NCBI GenBank assembly: GCA_021824625.1
Contig: JAKAKE010000179.1
Location: 16,060-80,059 of the forward strand
Direction of reading: 5' to 3'
From: Bacteroidota bacterium
Lineage (GTDB): Bacteria > Bacteroidota > Ignavibacteria > Kapaibacteriales > UBA2268
DNA length: 64,000 bases
Position numbers and translations under genes: made by a program. The number at the start of each line of letters is the position of its first letter. Positions within the stretch are counted from its first letter, which is position 1. This document shows, in pieces, positions 34,295 through 44,699 of the stretch. The notes beneath the pieces are model-generated. The model had not been told where the DNA came from. It worked only from the letters and a program-made list of their open reading frames with translations, and searched no databases.

Positions 34295-35149
34295 CTAACT
34301 TTTTACTAACATTTTCTTTAATTGGTCACCGATACTTTTCACATAAATATTAGTTTGTGGCTCCCATGCTTCAAGCAAATTCAGACTGCTTTTTTGTTCT
34401 TGTTCGATTAATTGCTTATACAAATCATTTTTTGTTAAGTCTGTCAAAAAATTATTACCTGTTTTAATTTCCAATCCTCTATCCTGAATTTCTTTTGTTG
34501 ATAAGGCATGGATACCACATTTACAACCCCATCGAGAACGCGGATAATGTATTTTCCAAAATGGGTCATCATAAGGAAGCACCAATCCATAAAACCTGAT
34601 ATGAAGTGGATTCGGCTGCATTGATTTTGATGGAAGCCATTCCCAGTAAGGTCTCAACCCCTGGTCACCTAATAATTTCATTCCTTGGTACTGCCCCTTT
34701 GCATAGCTGACCTGCATGTTTGTATCGTAAATAATTTTTAAGCGGTGTAGTTTATTTCCGGTCCAACCTGTCTTTTCAGCATAAGGCAAAGCTTCATTCT
34801 GAAAAGTAGTAAGGTCCCAACCTTCAGCCTTTGCAGTTTCGACCAGGTTATAAAAATCCTGGAGCAAATCCGCAGTCATAACTTTTGCAACAGTGAAAGC
34901 TTTATCGTGAGCAATTGCTGTCATCTCATCCCATCTCGAAGTTGGAATAAGGTTTTTGAATCTCTTTTTTAAATATTCAATTGCTCTTTCAGGAGGCATT
35001 TTAAAAGCAATGAGCATTGCATTGTTCAAACTCTCTGCAGATAATCCGGTCGGTTCATTTCTGAATTCATAGCCATGCTTTTCGCAATAATGCAGAGGAG
35101 TGCAATCATGCTGTTTGTAGAAATCCAATAATAAATTTTTATGCATCAT
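34295..35149 (-). CDS. head morphogenesis / minor capsid protein (Mu F / SPP1 gp7 family)
   Basis: 284 aa. Follows the portal gene. C-terminal HYPRSRWGCKCG resembles the family's HPxCRC motif. Confidence 0.7.
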   Translation of the reverse strand: MMHKNLLLDFYKQHDCTPLHYCEKHGYEFRNEPTGLSAESLNNAMLIAFKMPPERAIEYLKKRFKNLIPTSRWDEMTAIAHDKAFTVAKVMTADLLQDFYNLVETAKAEGWDLTTFQNEALPYAEKTGWTGNKLHRLKIIYDTNMQVSYAKGQYQGMKLLGDQGLRPYWEWLPSKSMQPNPLHIRFYGLVLPYDDPFWKIHYPRSRWGCKCGIHALSTKEIQDRGLEIKTGNNFLTDLTKNDLYKQLIEQEQKSSLNLLEAWEPQTNIYVKSIGDQLKKMLVKS

Positions 35150-35152
35150 AAA

Positions 35153-36622
35153 TCACTTCTTTGATTTTACATTAACTGAAAGTTGACCGCCCGAATTAGC
35201 GATTAATATTCCTTTAGCAATCAGTTCTTCCACAGCATCTGTTTCTAATGTTGGAAACAGCTTGAGCATTTCTGCTTGAATTTCATCGAGTGAATTTCCA
35301 TCCTCGATTAATTTTAAAATTGGTTTAAGAATTTTATCAGAAGCTTTAGCAAAATCATCGAGAGCTATTTCAGAACCATTATCGAGACCTTCCTGGTTAA
35401 TATCAGTTTCAACATTAGCATCATCATTTTCAGCGAAAGGAAAAGAAGGAGTTGCAGGCTGTGGTTCGACAACATCAAACTCATCATCCTGGAATCCGTA
35501 ATTTCTTTTGAAATAATTTTTAGTAAATCTGATTTGATTAGTGGATGCAAGAGCCTGGTCTCTTTGTGCTAATGCCATATCAACATCTTGTTTTTCATAC
35601 ATCTGGAATTTAGGAATTTCAGGAAGTGAACCGAAATTAAATTTTACAATCCATTTAATCAATTCATTCATCCAGTACTCGATGAGCCGTTTGTCATTAT
35701 CAATAATTTCTTTCCTGACATTGAAGTGAACTGTTCCCAGTGCCTGAGTCCCTTTGTCCCCCTGCTCAGTAGTTAATGTTTGAGATAAGATTGCTTTTGA
35801 TATTTCAGCATTAAAAAATTGGATAAACGATTCATAAGTTACTGCACCAGTCCTGCTTGATTCAAGAAATTGAGCTTTAACATCCGCAGGTGTTACTATT
35901 ACACCATCTTGGGTCATCTCAGCTAACTCTTCTGATAGTTTTTCACATTCCTCAAATGTACTTCCTTCAGCCACATTAGCCCAAGTTATTGGCATCCCAA
36001 AGCGTTCACAGAAAGTAGCCCAAAACTCAACGATACTTCTTTTGAAAGTTACGGGCCAATAGCATTTAGCAAACAAAGCATCACCATAAGGATTGTTATA
36101 AGTGGCTTCATGCTGAACAATAAAAAACTTATACTGTGGACACAACTCACCTTCCATTTGATTTTTTTTTCTGAACCTTAGCATTTTATTATTGTCAAAG
36201 AAAAACCAGTCATTAGGTTTACCAATAATGTCAACAGGGATAATTTTTCCTAATCGTTCCTGCCATAAAATTTCAAGAGGTTTAAATCCCAAATAAGGAG
36301 CATCAAGCATTTCATTAAAAATTTTATATGTGTCTAACTCTTTAATGATATTTTCAATGATAATCACAGCATCGGTTTTATTTCCACCGCGATTGATTTC
36401 CCATTCAAGTGATAATACACCTGCTTTACGGCTTTGCATACAACTCCAAAGATGAGCATCATATTTTAATTTTTCATATTCAGAAATACGATTTCCTAAT
36501 TTATTAAGCACATCGTCCGGATTCGGAAATGTATTTAATATTTTTGATGTAAGATTGTAATAATTATATTGAGTTGCAATTACTTGTTTGTATTTATTAT
36601 TTGTTGACATGACAAACCTCAA
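35153..36622 (-). CDS. portal protein (Mu gp29-like, DUF935-type)
   Basis: 489 aa, immediately downstream of the large terminase and upstream of the Mu F-like gene. Confidence 0.7.
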   Translation of the reverse strand: MRFVMSTNNKYKQVIATQYNYYNLTSKILNTFPNPDDVLNKLGNRISEYEKLKYDAHLWSCMQSRKAGVLSLEWEINRGGNKTDAVIIIENIIKELDTYKIFNEMLDAPYLGFKPLEILWQERLGKIIPVDIIGKPNDWFFFDNNKMLRFRKKNQMEGELCPQYKFFIVQHEATYNNPYGDALFAKCYWPVTFKRSIVEFWATFCERFGMPITWANVAEGSTFEECEKLSEELAEMTQDGVIVTPADVKAQFLESSRTGAVTYESFIQFFNAEISKAILSQTLTTEQGDKGTQALGTVHFNVRKEIIDNDKRLIEYWMNELIKWIVKFNFGSLPEIPKFQMYEKQDVDMALAQRDQALASTNQIRFTKNYFKRNYGFQDDEFDVVEPQPATPSFPFAENDDANVETDINQEGLDNGSEIALDDFAKASDKILKPILKLIEDGNSLDEIQAEMLKLFPTLETDAVEELIAKGILIANSGGQLSVNVKSKK

Positions 36623-37876
36623 TTAAAAATATTTAAATTTTGTTCTTTGTTTTCTTTCTCTGTGTTCTACTTTTTCTCTATATGGTTTGATTTCTTTTAT
36701 TTTCCAGAAGGTTTTACCATGTGAAAAAACACCGTATCTTAAGGCAGTCATTGCATGGTCGTTGAATTTTACAGGTTCTTCTGATGGCCTGCCGGTTGAT
36801 TTCTCAATTTTATATTTATAAGTTTTAAATTCTTTTATTGTATTTACTGAATATTTATGAACATTATATTTCCAACGCCTGCAATATTCTAATCCTGGTG
36901 GTATTGCTTTATCAACTTTTTTTATATTAAAATGGGCTAATTTTAATTCTGAAATTCTGTTAGCATCTTCATTATCTGGGTAAATCGGAGCATTTCCGAT
37001 ATTTAAGGATTTCATAATTTTTATTAATTCAGAATTATTCAAAGCACTTTGGTATATTAATTCTTCTATATAAAGTTCATTGTTTAATTTTCCAATTTTT
37101 AAAAGTGCTGTAGGATTTGTAAATCCAAAATCAAGGGCATAAATAACATCATCAAAAGAATTAGGGAATTGAGAACATTCATTCCAGTTATTAAAAATCA
37201 GGTCAGGTGTTTTAGCTACATTGCCCAATCCATATATTTCCCATAAATAAGGGTCCTCATTTTTTAATCTTTCGATTTCATTGATTTGTTCTTCCGGTAA
37301 GAAATCATAATTATCGAGATAATTTGATTGTATGAAAATACAATCATCTCTTGTTAATATTTTATCATAAATAAATGAAAATTCATCTATAGGATTGTAA
37401 TCAATAATGATTTTTTTGCGGGTCCTTAATGCTAATGCAATCCATTCTTCATAATTAAGCATATTAATTTCATTAATAAAAAGAATATCTCTCCCGGGGC
37501 CTGCTAATTTATCAGCGGAATCGGCAGAAAAAAATTCTATATATGAAGAATTATTTTTAAAATTATAGATGTAGTCGGATTTATTAAAAGAATTATCATT
37601 GTAAATTTTTTGTAATTGCATTTCTTTTTTAAAGTCTCTGAGAACCCCCCGTTTAACATGTGGTAATGTTTTGCTTACAATAGAAATTTCATAATATTCT
37701 TTTATAGCAAGAAAAATTAATAATTGAGTTATTGAATATGTTTTACCCGATCTGGTTCCTCCTTGATTTGCGATTATTCTATATGCAGGATTATTGAATG
37801 CCTCATAATTTTTTAAAAAAACCGGGGACACATTTAATGTTGATAAACTATTAGATAACTCATTCATTGTTTTCAT
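36623..37876 (-). CDS. terminase large subunit
   Basis: 417 aa. Walker A GGTRSGKT, a later acidic nuclease-domain region, and conserved position. Confidence 0.85.
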   Translation of the reverse strand: MKTMNELSNSLSTLNVSPVFLKNYEAFNNPAYRIIANQGGTRSGKTYSITQLLIFLAIKEYYEISIVSKTLPHVKRGVLRDFKKEMQLQKIYNDNSFNKSDYIYNFKNNSSYIEFFSADSADKLAGPGRDILFINEINMLNYEEWIALALRTRKKIIIDYNPIDEFSFIYDKILTRDDCIFIQSNYLDNYDFLPEEQINEIERLKNEDPYLWEIYGLGNVAKTPDLIFNNWNECSQFPNSFDDVIYALDFGFTNPTALLKIGKLNNELYIEELIYQSALNNSELIKIMKSLNIGNAPIYPDNEDANRISELKLAHFNIKKVDKAIPPGLEYCRRWKYNVHKYSVNTIKEFKTYKYKIEKSTGRPSEEPVKFNDHAMTALRYGVFSHGKTFWKIKEIKPYREKVEHRERKQRTKFKYF

Positions 37877-38459
37877 CTATTAATTTAGACTTGCTACCAT
37901 GAACAATTATGTTTACAGTTGATTCTAATTTCTCTCCTCCTGAAGTCAAATCACTTTTCACTATTTCGTTTGGCTCGCCCCGTGACATTCGCTCAATACC
38001 AATAATAGAGCTGAACTCATGGGCGGCTTTAATCATTTTATCAAATAATCTTTCGAGTGGAATACTATTAAAATCTTTTATCTTTCCAGTTTTTATTCTA
38101 TGATTAATTGCTTCTGCAGGAAGTATAAGACATTTTTGAAATATCAGGGATTCTTGAGTATGACGTTTTGCCATCTCCCTGACTTCACGAATAATAGTTT
38201 CCCTTCTTTCTCTGTCTTTCTCATCAGCCCATGCTTTAGCACGATTAATCCAGTTCCATTTCTGTGAGTGGAGGTTCATTGTAACATAAGCCCTACCTGT
38301 TGCATCGGCTACTCTTTGGATTGTACGTGAGGGACCCATATCTCTGTAGATGCAGAAATAATCAAAAAGTTTTTCTGATTCGCCTGGCTGTCGTTCCCAG
38401 GGGATTACATCCTCTTTAACTATTTTCTTTTGATATTTAAATTTGTTTTCCATTTTCAC
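37860..38459 (-). CDS. putative terminase small subunit
   Basis: 199 aa. Overlaps the TerL start by 17 nt. HTH-like segment GPSRTIQRVADATGRAYVTM. Confidence 0.45.
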   Translation of the reverse strand: MKMENKFKYQKKIVKEDVIPWERQPGESEKLFDYFCIYRDMGPSRTIQRVADATGRAYVTMNLHSQKWNWINRAKAWADEKDRERRETIIREVREMAKRHTQESLIFQKCLILPAEAINHRIKTGKIKDFNSIPLERLFDKMIKAAHEFSSIIGIERMSRGEPNEIVKSDLTSGGEKLESTVNIIVHGSKSKLIDENNE

Positions 38460-39897
38460 TATCCACTGCTATTGCATCAAAAAAGTTTTTATTAATAATT
38501 TCTCCATTCCTTTTGATGATACACTCTTTATTATTCTCTTTACAATGCTGAATAAATCTCTGCACAATTAAATCACAGAATTGAGGTTCGAGTTCCATTC
38601 CATAACAAACTCTTTTTAGAATATCCGAAGTGATTAATGTAGAGCCTGAACCTAAGAATAAATCCAGAACAAGCTCACCCTCCTTAGAACTATTATTGAG
38701 GGCTTTTGCAGAGAGGGCCAGTGGTTTTTGGGTGGGGTGTATATAATTCCCATTATGCTCTCTCGATATTTCCCAAACAGTCGTTTCATTGTTGGGACCG
38801 AACCATCTTGCATTTTTACCGTTACCGACTGAACAATCTTTTCCTGCAAATACACAGGGTTCATGAATTCTTTTATAATGTACCCAGGAAAGAGGAGCCA
38901 CTTGTTTTTTCCAAATAATTGGAACTTTATCATAAGGGATTTCATTAATAACAAGTGCCTGTATCAATTCCCTGAAATATGTAGTTGCATGCCAGATGTA
39001 ATAGTGAGCATACTCGATTAAATATTTTTTTGCGATACTTAGGAATGTAGTCAGGAACTTTTGATAATCCTCATCCGACATATCATCTTTCCATCCCGAG
39101 CAATAAAGTGCAGTCCAGTCTTTACCATGCGGATCATCTTTTGAACCGCGTTTCATATTGAATTCAGCGTAATTTACATTATAAGGCGGGTCCGTATAAA
39201 GTAAATGTGCAATTTTATGATTCATTAATTTTCTAACATCATCTTCATTAGTAGAATCACCACATAAGAGGCGATGCTCATTGAGTTCGTATAAATCCCC
39301 TCTTTGAGTTTTCGGCACCTCGGGTATTTCTGTTTCAAAATTATCTTCATCAATGTCTTCCAATTCAGGATTTGTATCATCGAGGGCAGCATCGAGTAAA
39401 TCACCAAACTCTTCCTCAGAGAACGGCATTGTTGACATTAAATCATCTTCAGGAAAAACTATTTTTATTTCCTGTAATAATTTTGATAACTTTTCAACAT
39501 CGGCATCAAAGTTTGTTTCATTAGTCTCGACAGCAATTCTACGAGCTTCATCTAATGATATCTTTCCATGGTCATAAGCAATGACAAATTTTTTACCAAG
39601 CTTATAGAAAGCAACCAATCTGTGATTGCCATCAACCACTTCATAGTATCCTGTATCGAGAAGTCTTAATTGACATGTAACTATCTGCCCATTCCTTTTG
39701 ATATTATTCAAAAGTTGTTGAGCCATAAAAGCATCGTCTGTTTTATAGTTCCAGTTGGCAGGGACTAATAATTCGATCGGAAATATTTTATAATTCTTAA
39801 AATTATTAAATTCATCCTCGGGGATATCCTTCAATTGTCTTGGGTTGATAGCCTTGATTTTCTTATGAAGATCCTGAACCGATACCGAAAAATTCAT
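38437..39897 (-). CDS. ParB-like nuclease domain fused to a DNA methyltransferase (N6-A/N4-C, beta class)
   Basis: VVDGNHRL (ParB box), TDPPYNVNY (motif IV) and DLFLGSGST (motif I). Confidence 0.85.
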   Translation of the reverse strand: MNFSVSVQDLHKKIKAINPRQLKDIPEDEFNNFKNYKIFPIELLVPANWNYKTDDAFMAQQLLNNIKRNGQIVTCQLRLLDTGYYEVVDGNHRLVAFYKLGKKFVIAYDHGKISLDEARRIAVETNETNFDADVEKLSKLLQEIKIVFPEDDLMSTMPFSEEEFGDLLDAALDDTNPELEDIDEDNFETEIPEVPKTQRGDLYELNEHRLLCGDSTNEDDVRKLMNHKIAHLLYTDPPYNVNYAEFNMKRGSKDDPHGKDWTALYCSGWKDDMSDEDYQKFLTTFLSIAKKYLIEYAHYYIWHATTYFRELIQALVINEIPYDKVPIIWKKQVAPLSWVHYKRIHEPCVFAGKDCSVGNGKNARWFGPNNETTVWEISREHNGNYIHPTQKPLALSAKALNNSSKEGELVLDLFLGSGSTLITSDILKRVCYGMELEPQFCDLIVQRFIQHCKENNKECIIKRNGEIINKNFFDAIAVDSENGKQI

Positions 39898-40112
39898 TTA
39901 TAAACCTTATATAATTTGTTCATATTAACCTTTTTATTCAAATCAAATGAAAAACTTTTAAACATTAGGAACAGGGCTTGGTGAAAAACATAGAACGAAG
40001 TTTGTAACCAACATTGGTTACGGATGTGTTTACTCTGTGAAATTTAAATTTTTAAAATTTGAATTGTATTAATTCAATATTAAAAATTTGAGTATGGTTA
40101 TCAGGAGTAAAT

Positions 40113-41666
40113 ATGCCAACAAAAAAAGCAGCTGAGAAGCCAAAAGAACTTGAGATTGAGGTCTTTAAAACCGGTGAGATAACCGATAGTGAAGGTGATA
40201 CTAAAAACTGGTCACTTGAAGACCTTCAAACAATTGCAACAACTTACAATGATAAAATCAAAGAGGACCCGGGAGCTCAGGCACCAATCGTAAAGGGGCA
40301 TCCTGAAACAGATGATCCTGCTTACGGTTGGGTTGAGAAGCTAAAAGTTGCAGGTGAAACCCTCATGGCTAAAATTAAATTAGTTCCGACATTTGCTCAG
40401 GAAGTGAAAGATGAGATGTTCAAGAAAGTTTCGATTGCTTTATATCCTGATTTGATGCTGAGGCACATTGGTTTTCTTGGAGCCGCTCAACCTGCAGTAA
40501 AGGGACTTGAACCTGTCAAATTCAATGACCATGAAAAAACATTTAAGATTTTTGAGTTTCAGGATCCTCCTCTCGAACCGACAGATACAGTAGAAGCTTT
40601 GAAAACAGCACAGGATGAAAGAGCAAAAAAATATGGCATCGGAGTAAAAGATAAAATCGGATACATAGCAAAGCCGGATGCTTATAAAGATTTGGATGAT
40701 GAATCATTTTGCGATCCAGTCAATTATTTATATCCGGTTCATGACAAACCAAATTGGTATGCTTCATTCAAAACATTCTCACCATGGGATAATGGATATA
40801 GTGAAGTTGAGAAACAAGTTATCTATGCAAAATTCTACGCTTCAGCATTAGAGCTTGGAATCAAGTTTGAACCTGATAGAATATATTTTACAGAACCATC
40901 AAAACCTGCTGCTCAAACAAAGAAGCATGTTGATGTCCCTGCAGAACAACTGAGCAAGAAACAACTTATAGATGTCGTTAACAAGAACACAATTCAAAAA
41001 AATAATAATTTTCAAACTAATCAGAAAGGGAAAACCATGACATTTAAAGAATGGTTTGACGCTTATGTACAGGCTATTACCCAGAAGTTAACCGAAGCTT
41101 CCAATGAGGAAATAGCAACTCAATTTCAATCTTTCTCAGATGAGTATGTTACAGCTAATCCAATGCCTGCCGATGCTCCTGCACCGGCTTCTGAAGGTGG
41201 TACTGAGAATACCGAGCCGACAGAAAAGGAAAAGGAGTATGCTGAAAGACTGGAAACTCTTGAGAGAGAGAACAGGCAAATGAAGTTCAAGGAATACTTC
41301 AAATCTCAAAATGAGAGATTAGTTCCGGCACAGGAACCTGTTGTTAATCTTGCATTTGAATTTGTAAGAGAAAACAAAACAAGTCGTGAATTCTCAGAAG
41401 GCGGAAAGAATGTGAAAATAACTGGAGAGGAAGCTATCAAGAAATTGATTGAATCTTTCCCGAAACACAATCTATTCAACGAGCAGGCAAAAGATGGTCA
41501 GGGTGAGAGCAAGAAGAACTCCGATTTTGTTGCTCCTGAAGGAACTATTGTTGATGAAGATTCAGCGAAGCTCCATACCAAAGCCATGGAATATATCGAA
41601 GAGCAGAAGAAAGTAGGAACTACTATTTCTTACGAACAGGCGGTTAACGCTGTTATAAAAAGTTAA
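40113..41666 (+). CDS. head maturation protease/scaffold-like protein (Mu gpI-like N-terminal domain + coiled-coil C-terminal part)
   Basis: 517 aa. FKTGEITDSEGD...APIVKGHPETDDPAYGWVEKLK pattern. Immediately upstream of the major capsid gene. Confidence 0.5.
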   Translation: MPTKKAAEKPKELEIEVFKTGEITDSEGDTKNWSLEDLQTIATTYNDKIKEDPGAQAPIVKGHPETDDPAYGWVEKLKVAGETLMAKIKLVPTFAQEVKDEMFKKVSIALYPDLMLRHIGFLGAAQPAVKGLEPVKFNDHEKTFKIFEFQDPPLEPTDTVEALKTAQDERAKKYGIGVKDKIGYIAKPDAYKDLDDESFCDPVNYLYPVHDKPNWYASFKTFSPWDNGYSEVEKQVIYAKFYASALELGIKFEPDRIYFTEPSKPAAQTKKHVDVPAEQLSKKQLIDVVNKNTIQKNNNFQTNQKGKTMTFKEWFDAYVQAITQKLTEASNEEIATQFQSFSDEYVTANPMPADAPAPASEGGTENTEPTEKEKEYAERLETLERENRQMKFKEYFKSQNERLVPAQEPVVNLAFEFVRENKTSREFSEGGKNVKITGEEAIKKLIESFPKHNLFNEQAKDGQGESKKNSDFVAPEGTIVDEDSAKLHTKAMEYIEEQKKVGTTISYEQAVNAVIKS

Positions 41667-41716
41667 AAACCTTGAAATAAAAAACGTTTAATATTAATAA
41701 ATAAAAGGATTTTAAA

Positions 41717-42667
41717 ATGGGAAGATTACAAGACATAAGGATAGTGGATCAGGTACTGACCAATATCTGCAGAGGCTATTCCAATGATATTTATATTGGT
41801 AATAGTCTTTTTCCTGTAGTTACAGTTGACAAAAGTGGGGGTAAGATTCCACTTTGGGGTAAGGAAGCATTCCGTGTTCATAATACCGAACGTGCTTTGA
41901 GAGCGGATTCTAATAGGATCGATGGTGGATGGCTTTCTCTTGATGTTTATGCTTTGACAGAACATGATCTTGAAATGCCGATTGACTATCAGGAAATTGA
42001 TGAAGCCACGATTCCAATTGAACAAAAATATTCTAAGCAAGTCATGGATATGATTCTGTTGGGAATTGAAAAAGAACAGGCTGATTTGGCTCAAGCATTA
42101 ACAACTTATCCAACCGGAAACAAGGTTACATTAGCAAGTAATTATTTCAATGAACCTACTGTTGACTGGATTGAATATATTCATCAAAAAAATGCCGCGT
42201 TGAAAAGTAAAATTGCAAAACCAGCTAACACCTTAATCATCGGTCAGCATGTGTGGGATTTATTAAAATTCCACGCAAAATTAAAAACATATATTACTGT
42301 GAATACAGATATGTTTAACATGGTCCCCACAATTGCAAAACTTCAGGAAGTATTGGATATTCCAAAGGTACTGGTTGGAGGTGCATTATATTCAACCGAT
42401 GCAAGTGATAATTTCGGATATGTATGGGGTAATAATATTATTCTGGCTCATGTAGTAGATCCTCCGACCGGAATAGCGAGAGATATTTATGATCCATGTT
42501 TTGGATATACCCTCCGTAAAAAAGGATTTCCATTTTCTGATACTTATGAAGAGAAGAAGAAAATTCAGGTTGTCAGAAATACTGATAATTATCAGGTGAA
42601 AGTTGTTGGTGCTGAATCAGCTTATATTATTAATAATCCGATTGACCCGGCTGTTTATGCCGCTTAA
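41717..42667 (+). CDS. major capsid protein (by position and size)
   Basis: 316 aa with a strong RBS (AAAAGGA). Lies between the protease/scaffold gene and the decoration-like gene. Confidence 0.6.
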   Translation: MGRLQDIRIVDQVLTNICRGYSNDIYIGNSLFPVVTVDKSGGKIPLWGKEAFRVHNTERALRADSNRIDGGWLSLDVYALTEHDLEMPIDYQEIDEATIPIEQKYSKQVMDMILLGIEKEQADLAQALTTYPTGNKVTLASNYFNEPTVDWIEYIHQKNAALKSKIAKPANTLIIGQHVWDLLKFHAKLKTYITVNTDMFNMVPTIAKLQEVLDIPKVLVGGALYSTDASDNFGYVWGNNIILAHVVDPPTGIARDIYDPCFGYTLRKKGFPFSDTYEEKKKIQVVRNTDNYQVKVVGAESAYIINNPIDPAVYAA

Positions 42668-42715
42668 TTATTGATTAAATGAAAAAAATATTAATAAATA
42701 ATTAAGGAGATTATT

Positions 42716-42985
42716 GTGATAAAAGTATATAAGGTTCTTCATCCGATTCAAAGCGAAAGTAAGGTTTATTTGCCAGGTCAACCCATCCAGTTGGATGATG
42801 AGAAAGCAAAATACATTATGCATTGCCTTGAACCATTGAAGGCTACAGAAAAAACTCCTGCTCAAGCACCGGAACCAATTCCTGTTCAACAGGAAAATGT
42901 AAATCAAGAACCGGCTGTTAATCAGGTGGCTATTCCTATAAAGGAAGCAAACGGAAAAAAGAAATCTAATCAAAAAGTTAAATAA
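42716..42985 (+). CDS. hypothetical head-module protein
   Basis: 89 aa, GTG start after AAGGAG. Pro/Gln-rich. Confidence 0.45.
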   Translation: MIKVYKVLHPIQSESKVYLPGQPIQLDDEKAKYIMHCLEPLKATEKTPAQAPEPIPVQQENVNQEPAVNQVAIPIKEANGKKKSNQKVK

Positions 42986-43002
42986 AATTTGGAGTATAGA
43001 AA

Positions 43003-43806
43003 ATGGCGAATTATCCAGAAAATGTTTTGCACATAGGAACTGTGGAAGCCGGGAGTGCTTTGGCTACTGTGAAAAGATTTGTCAAGAAAGCATCAGGTGT
43101 TCTGGCTTACTGCGGAGCTTATGAAAAAGCTATCGGAGTTCTCGGACTTGCTGTTAATTCAGGCGAACAGGCACCGGTCAAGATGGCAGGTATTATAATC
43201 GTTGAATCAGGCGGCGCTATTACCCAGGGACAGAAGGTTACTTCTGATTCTGTCGGCAGAGCAATTGCATTGTATGATAAGGTGCAGGTAAAAATCAAAA
43301 CTGCTGATGAAACAAGAAATGGTATTGCATATTCAAATGATGCAGAATTGGCGGCAATGAATCTTCTTGCATCGATTAAGTATAAAGTGTCAACTCAGTT
43401 GGTGCTAAAAAACCAAGAAGTAAGCGCTAAAAACTTCAATGCCAAATTATCATTACCGGCAGGTGCAACTGCTGTCGGTTCGGTCTTTGGAGGTGGTAGT
43501 ACCCTTTTAACTCCAGCTGTTACTTTAGCTGACTCAAATGGCAACCTGGCAATTGCACAAACACAGGCAGTTGTCGCCAGTGGTGAGGATGTCCTAATCT
43601 TCGAAGGCTTCTTGAATATGGGTACTCTTGCAGGAACATTGGCTGTTCAGTGGGCAGCCGGAACAACTGAAACAACAGGACTTACACTCAAAGCAGGTTC
43701 TATTGTTGAACTGGCAGCACAGGGCGACCTGTATAGCAATGGTGTTGCACTCGATGATGCAAGTGCAGCCGGTGAGTTCATAAGAATATTATTGCCAGCG
43801 GCATAA
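43003..43806 (+). CDS. DUF2190-like capsid decoration/cement protein with Ala/Gly-rich C-terminal extension
   Basis: N-terminal pattern EAGSALATVKRFVKKASG...AIGV...GEQAPVKMAGII...GAITQGQKVTSDSVGRA. Confidence 0.5.
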   Translation: MANYPENVLHIGTVEAGSALATVKRFVKKASGVLAYCGAYEKAIGVLGLAVNSGEQAPVKMAGIIIVESGGAITQGQKVTSDSVGRAIALYDKVQVKIKTADETRNGIAYSNDAELAAMNLLASIKYKVSTQLVLKNQEVSAKNFNAKLSLPAGATAVGSVFGGGSTLLTPAVTLADSNGNLAIAQTQAVVASGEDVLIFEGFLNMGTLAGTLAVQWAAGTTETTGLTLKAGSIVELAAQGDLYSNGVALDDASAAGEFIRILLPAA

Positions 43807-43809
43807 TTT

Positions 43810-44244
43810 ATGGCTTATTTCACAAAGGATCAGTTGAAGAGCAGGATTGATAATGCAACATTGATCCTGCTCACAAATGACGACCCTGCAGGAACGACAA
43901 TAGATGAAAATAAACTTGATGAAATAATATCAACAGCTTATTCAATTATTGATTCTGCACTCCGGGGACGTTATGCACTGCCTTTGACAATAACCGATGG
44001 GGACCTCAAAGACATCGGAATAACCATAGCAAGATATAAACTCTATGAACTCAGACAAGCCGTGAGTATGCCTGAAAGTCTTATTGCAGGCTGGTCACAG
44101 GCAATGCAAAGATTGAGGCAGTATCAAACAGGAGAAAGAGTATTGGATGTTGGCAATGCCGTAGATGCTCACCCGACATTTATTAAAACAGTTACTAAAG
44201 CAAAAAAATTCACAACGGAATTAATGGAGCTATATAATAGCTGA
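43810..44244 (+). CDS. head-tail connector protein (DUF1320, Mu gp36-like)
   Basis: 144 aa. MAYFTKDQLKSRI...LTNDD...IDSALRGRYALPL fits the family pattern. Confidence 0.6.
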   Translation: MAYFTKDQLKSRIDNATLILLTNDDPAGTTIDENKLDEIISTAYSIIDSALRGRYALPLTITDGDLKDIGITIARYKLYELRQAVSMPESLIAGWSQAMQRLRQYQTGERVLDVGNAVDAHPTFIKTVTKAKKFTTELMELYNS

Positions 44245-44699
44245 TGGTCAATGAGAAAAACATAAAGGATTTAATTGTTAGTAAGCTTGGAACAGATTTA
44301 TCTGAATATAAAGTTTACGATTTCCCATTTGACATCAACAAATATATGCCTAAACATCCTAAAGGTGAAATTCTTATTAAGGCAATCGGTTATAGGCCTA
44401 CCCAATATATTGATAGAAACAATCAGATGAATGTTCTCAGCTTCGGGAGTTTTGTTGTCATAGAATACCAATTCCGGCTTGATTTAATCAATAAAAATTT
44501 CAGGTCTCAGGATGAGATTCTTGATACCACCAAAACAATTGTTGACAGCATGTGGGCAATTGATTGTGCGGCAACAATAGAAGGTGCAGGTCAGTTCATG
44601 GTTATTGATGTTGGTGAGGCACTTTATCATGAAGAAAAATTATTTCAATTCAGAACAATGATTTTTACATTACCTGTAATGACATATTTGGGGGATTAA
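44244..44699 (+). CDS. hypothetical head-tail joining protein
   Basis: 151 aa, overlap-coupled on both sides. Confidence 0.5.
   Translation: MVNEKNIKDLIVSKLGTDLSEYKVYDFPFDINKYMPKHPKGEILIKAIGYRPTQYIDRNNQMNVLSFGSFVVIEYQFRLDLINKNFRSQDEILDTTKTIVDSMWAIDCAATIEGAGQFMVIDVGEALYHEEKLFQFRTMIFTLPVMTYLGD

Noticed and set aside
42668-42973. 101-aa minus-strand ORF
   Set aside because: It is antisense to the plus-strand head operon and overlaps the 42716-42985 ORF. Its composition is hydrophobic and nonsense-like.
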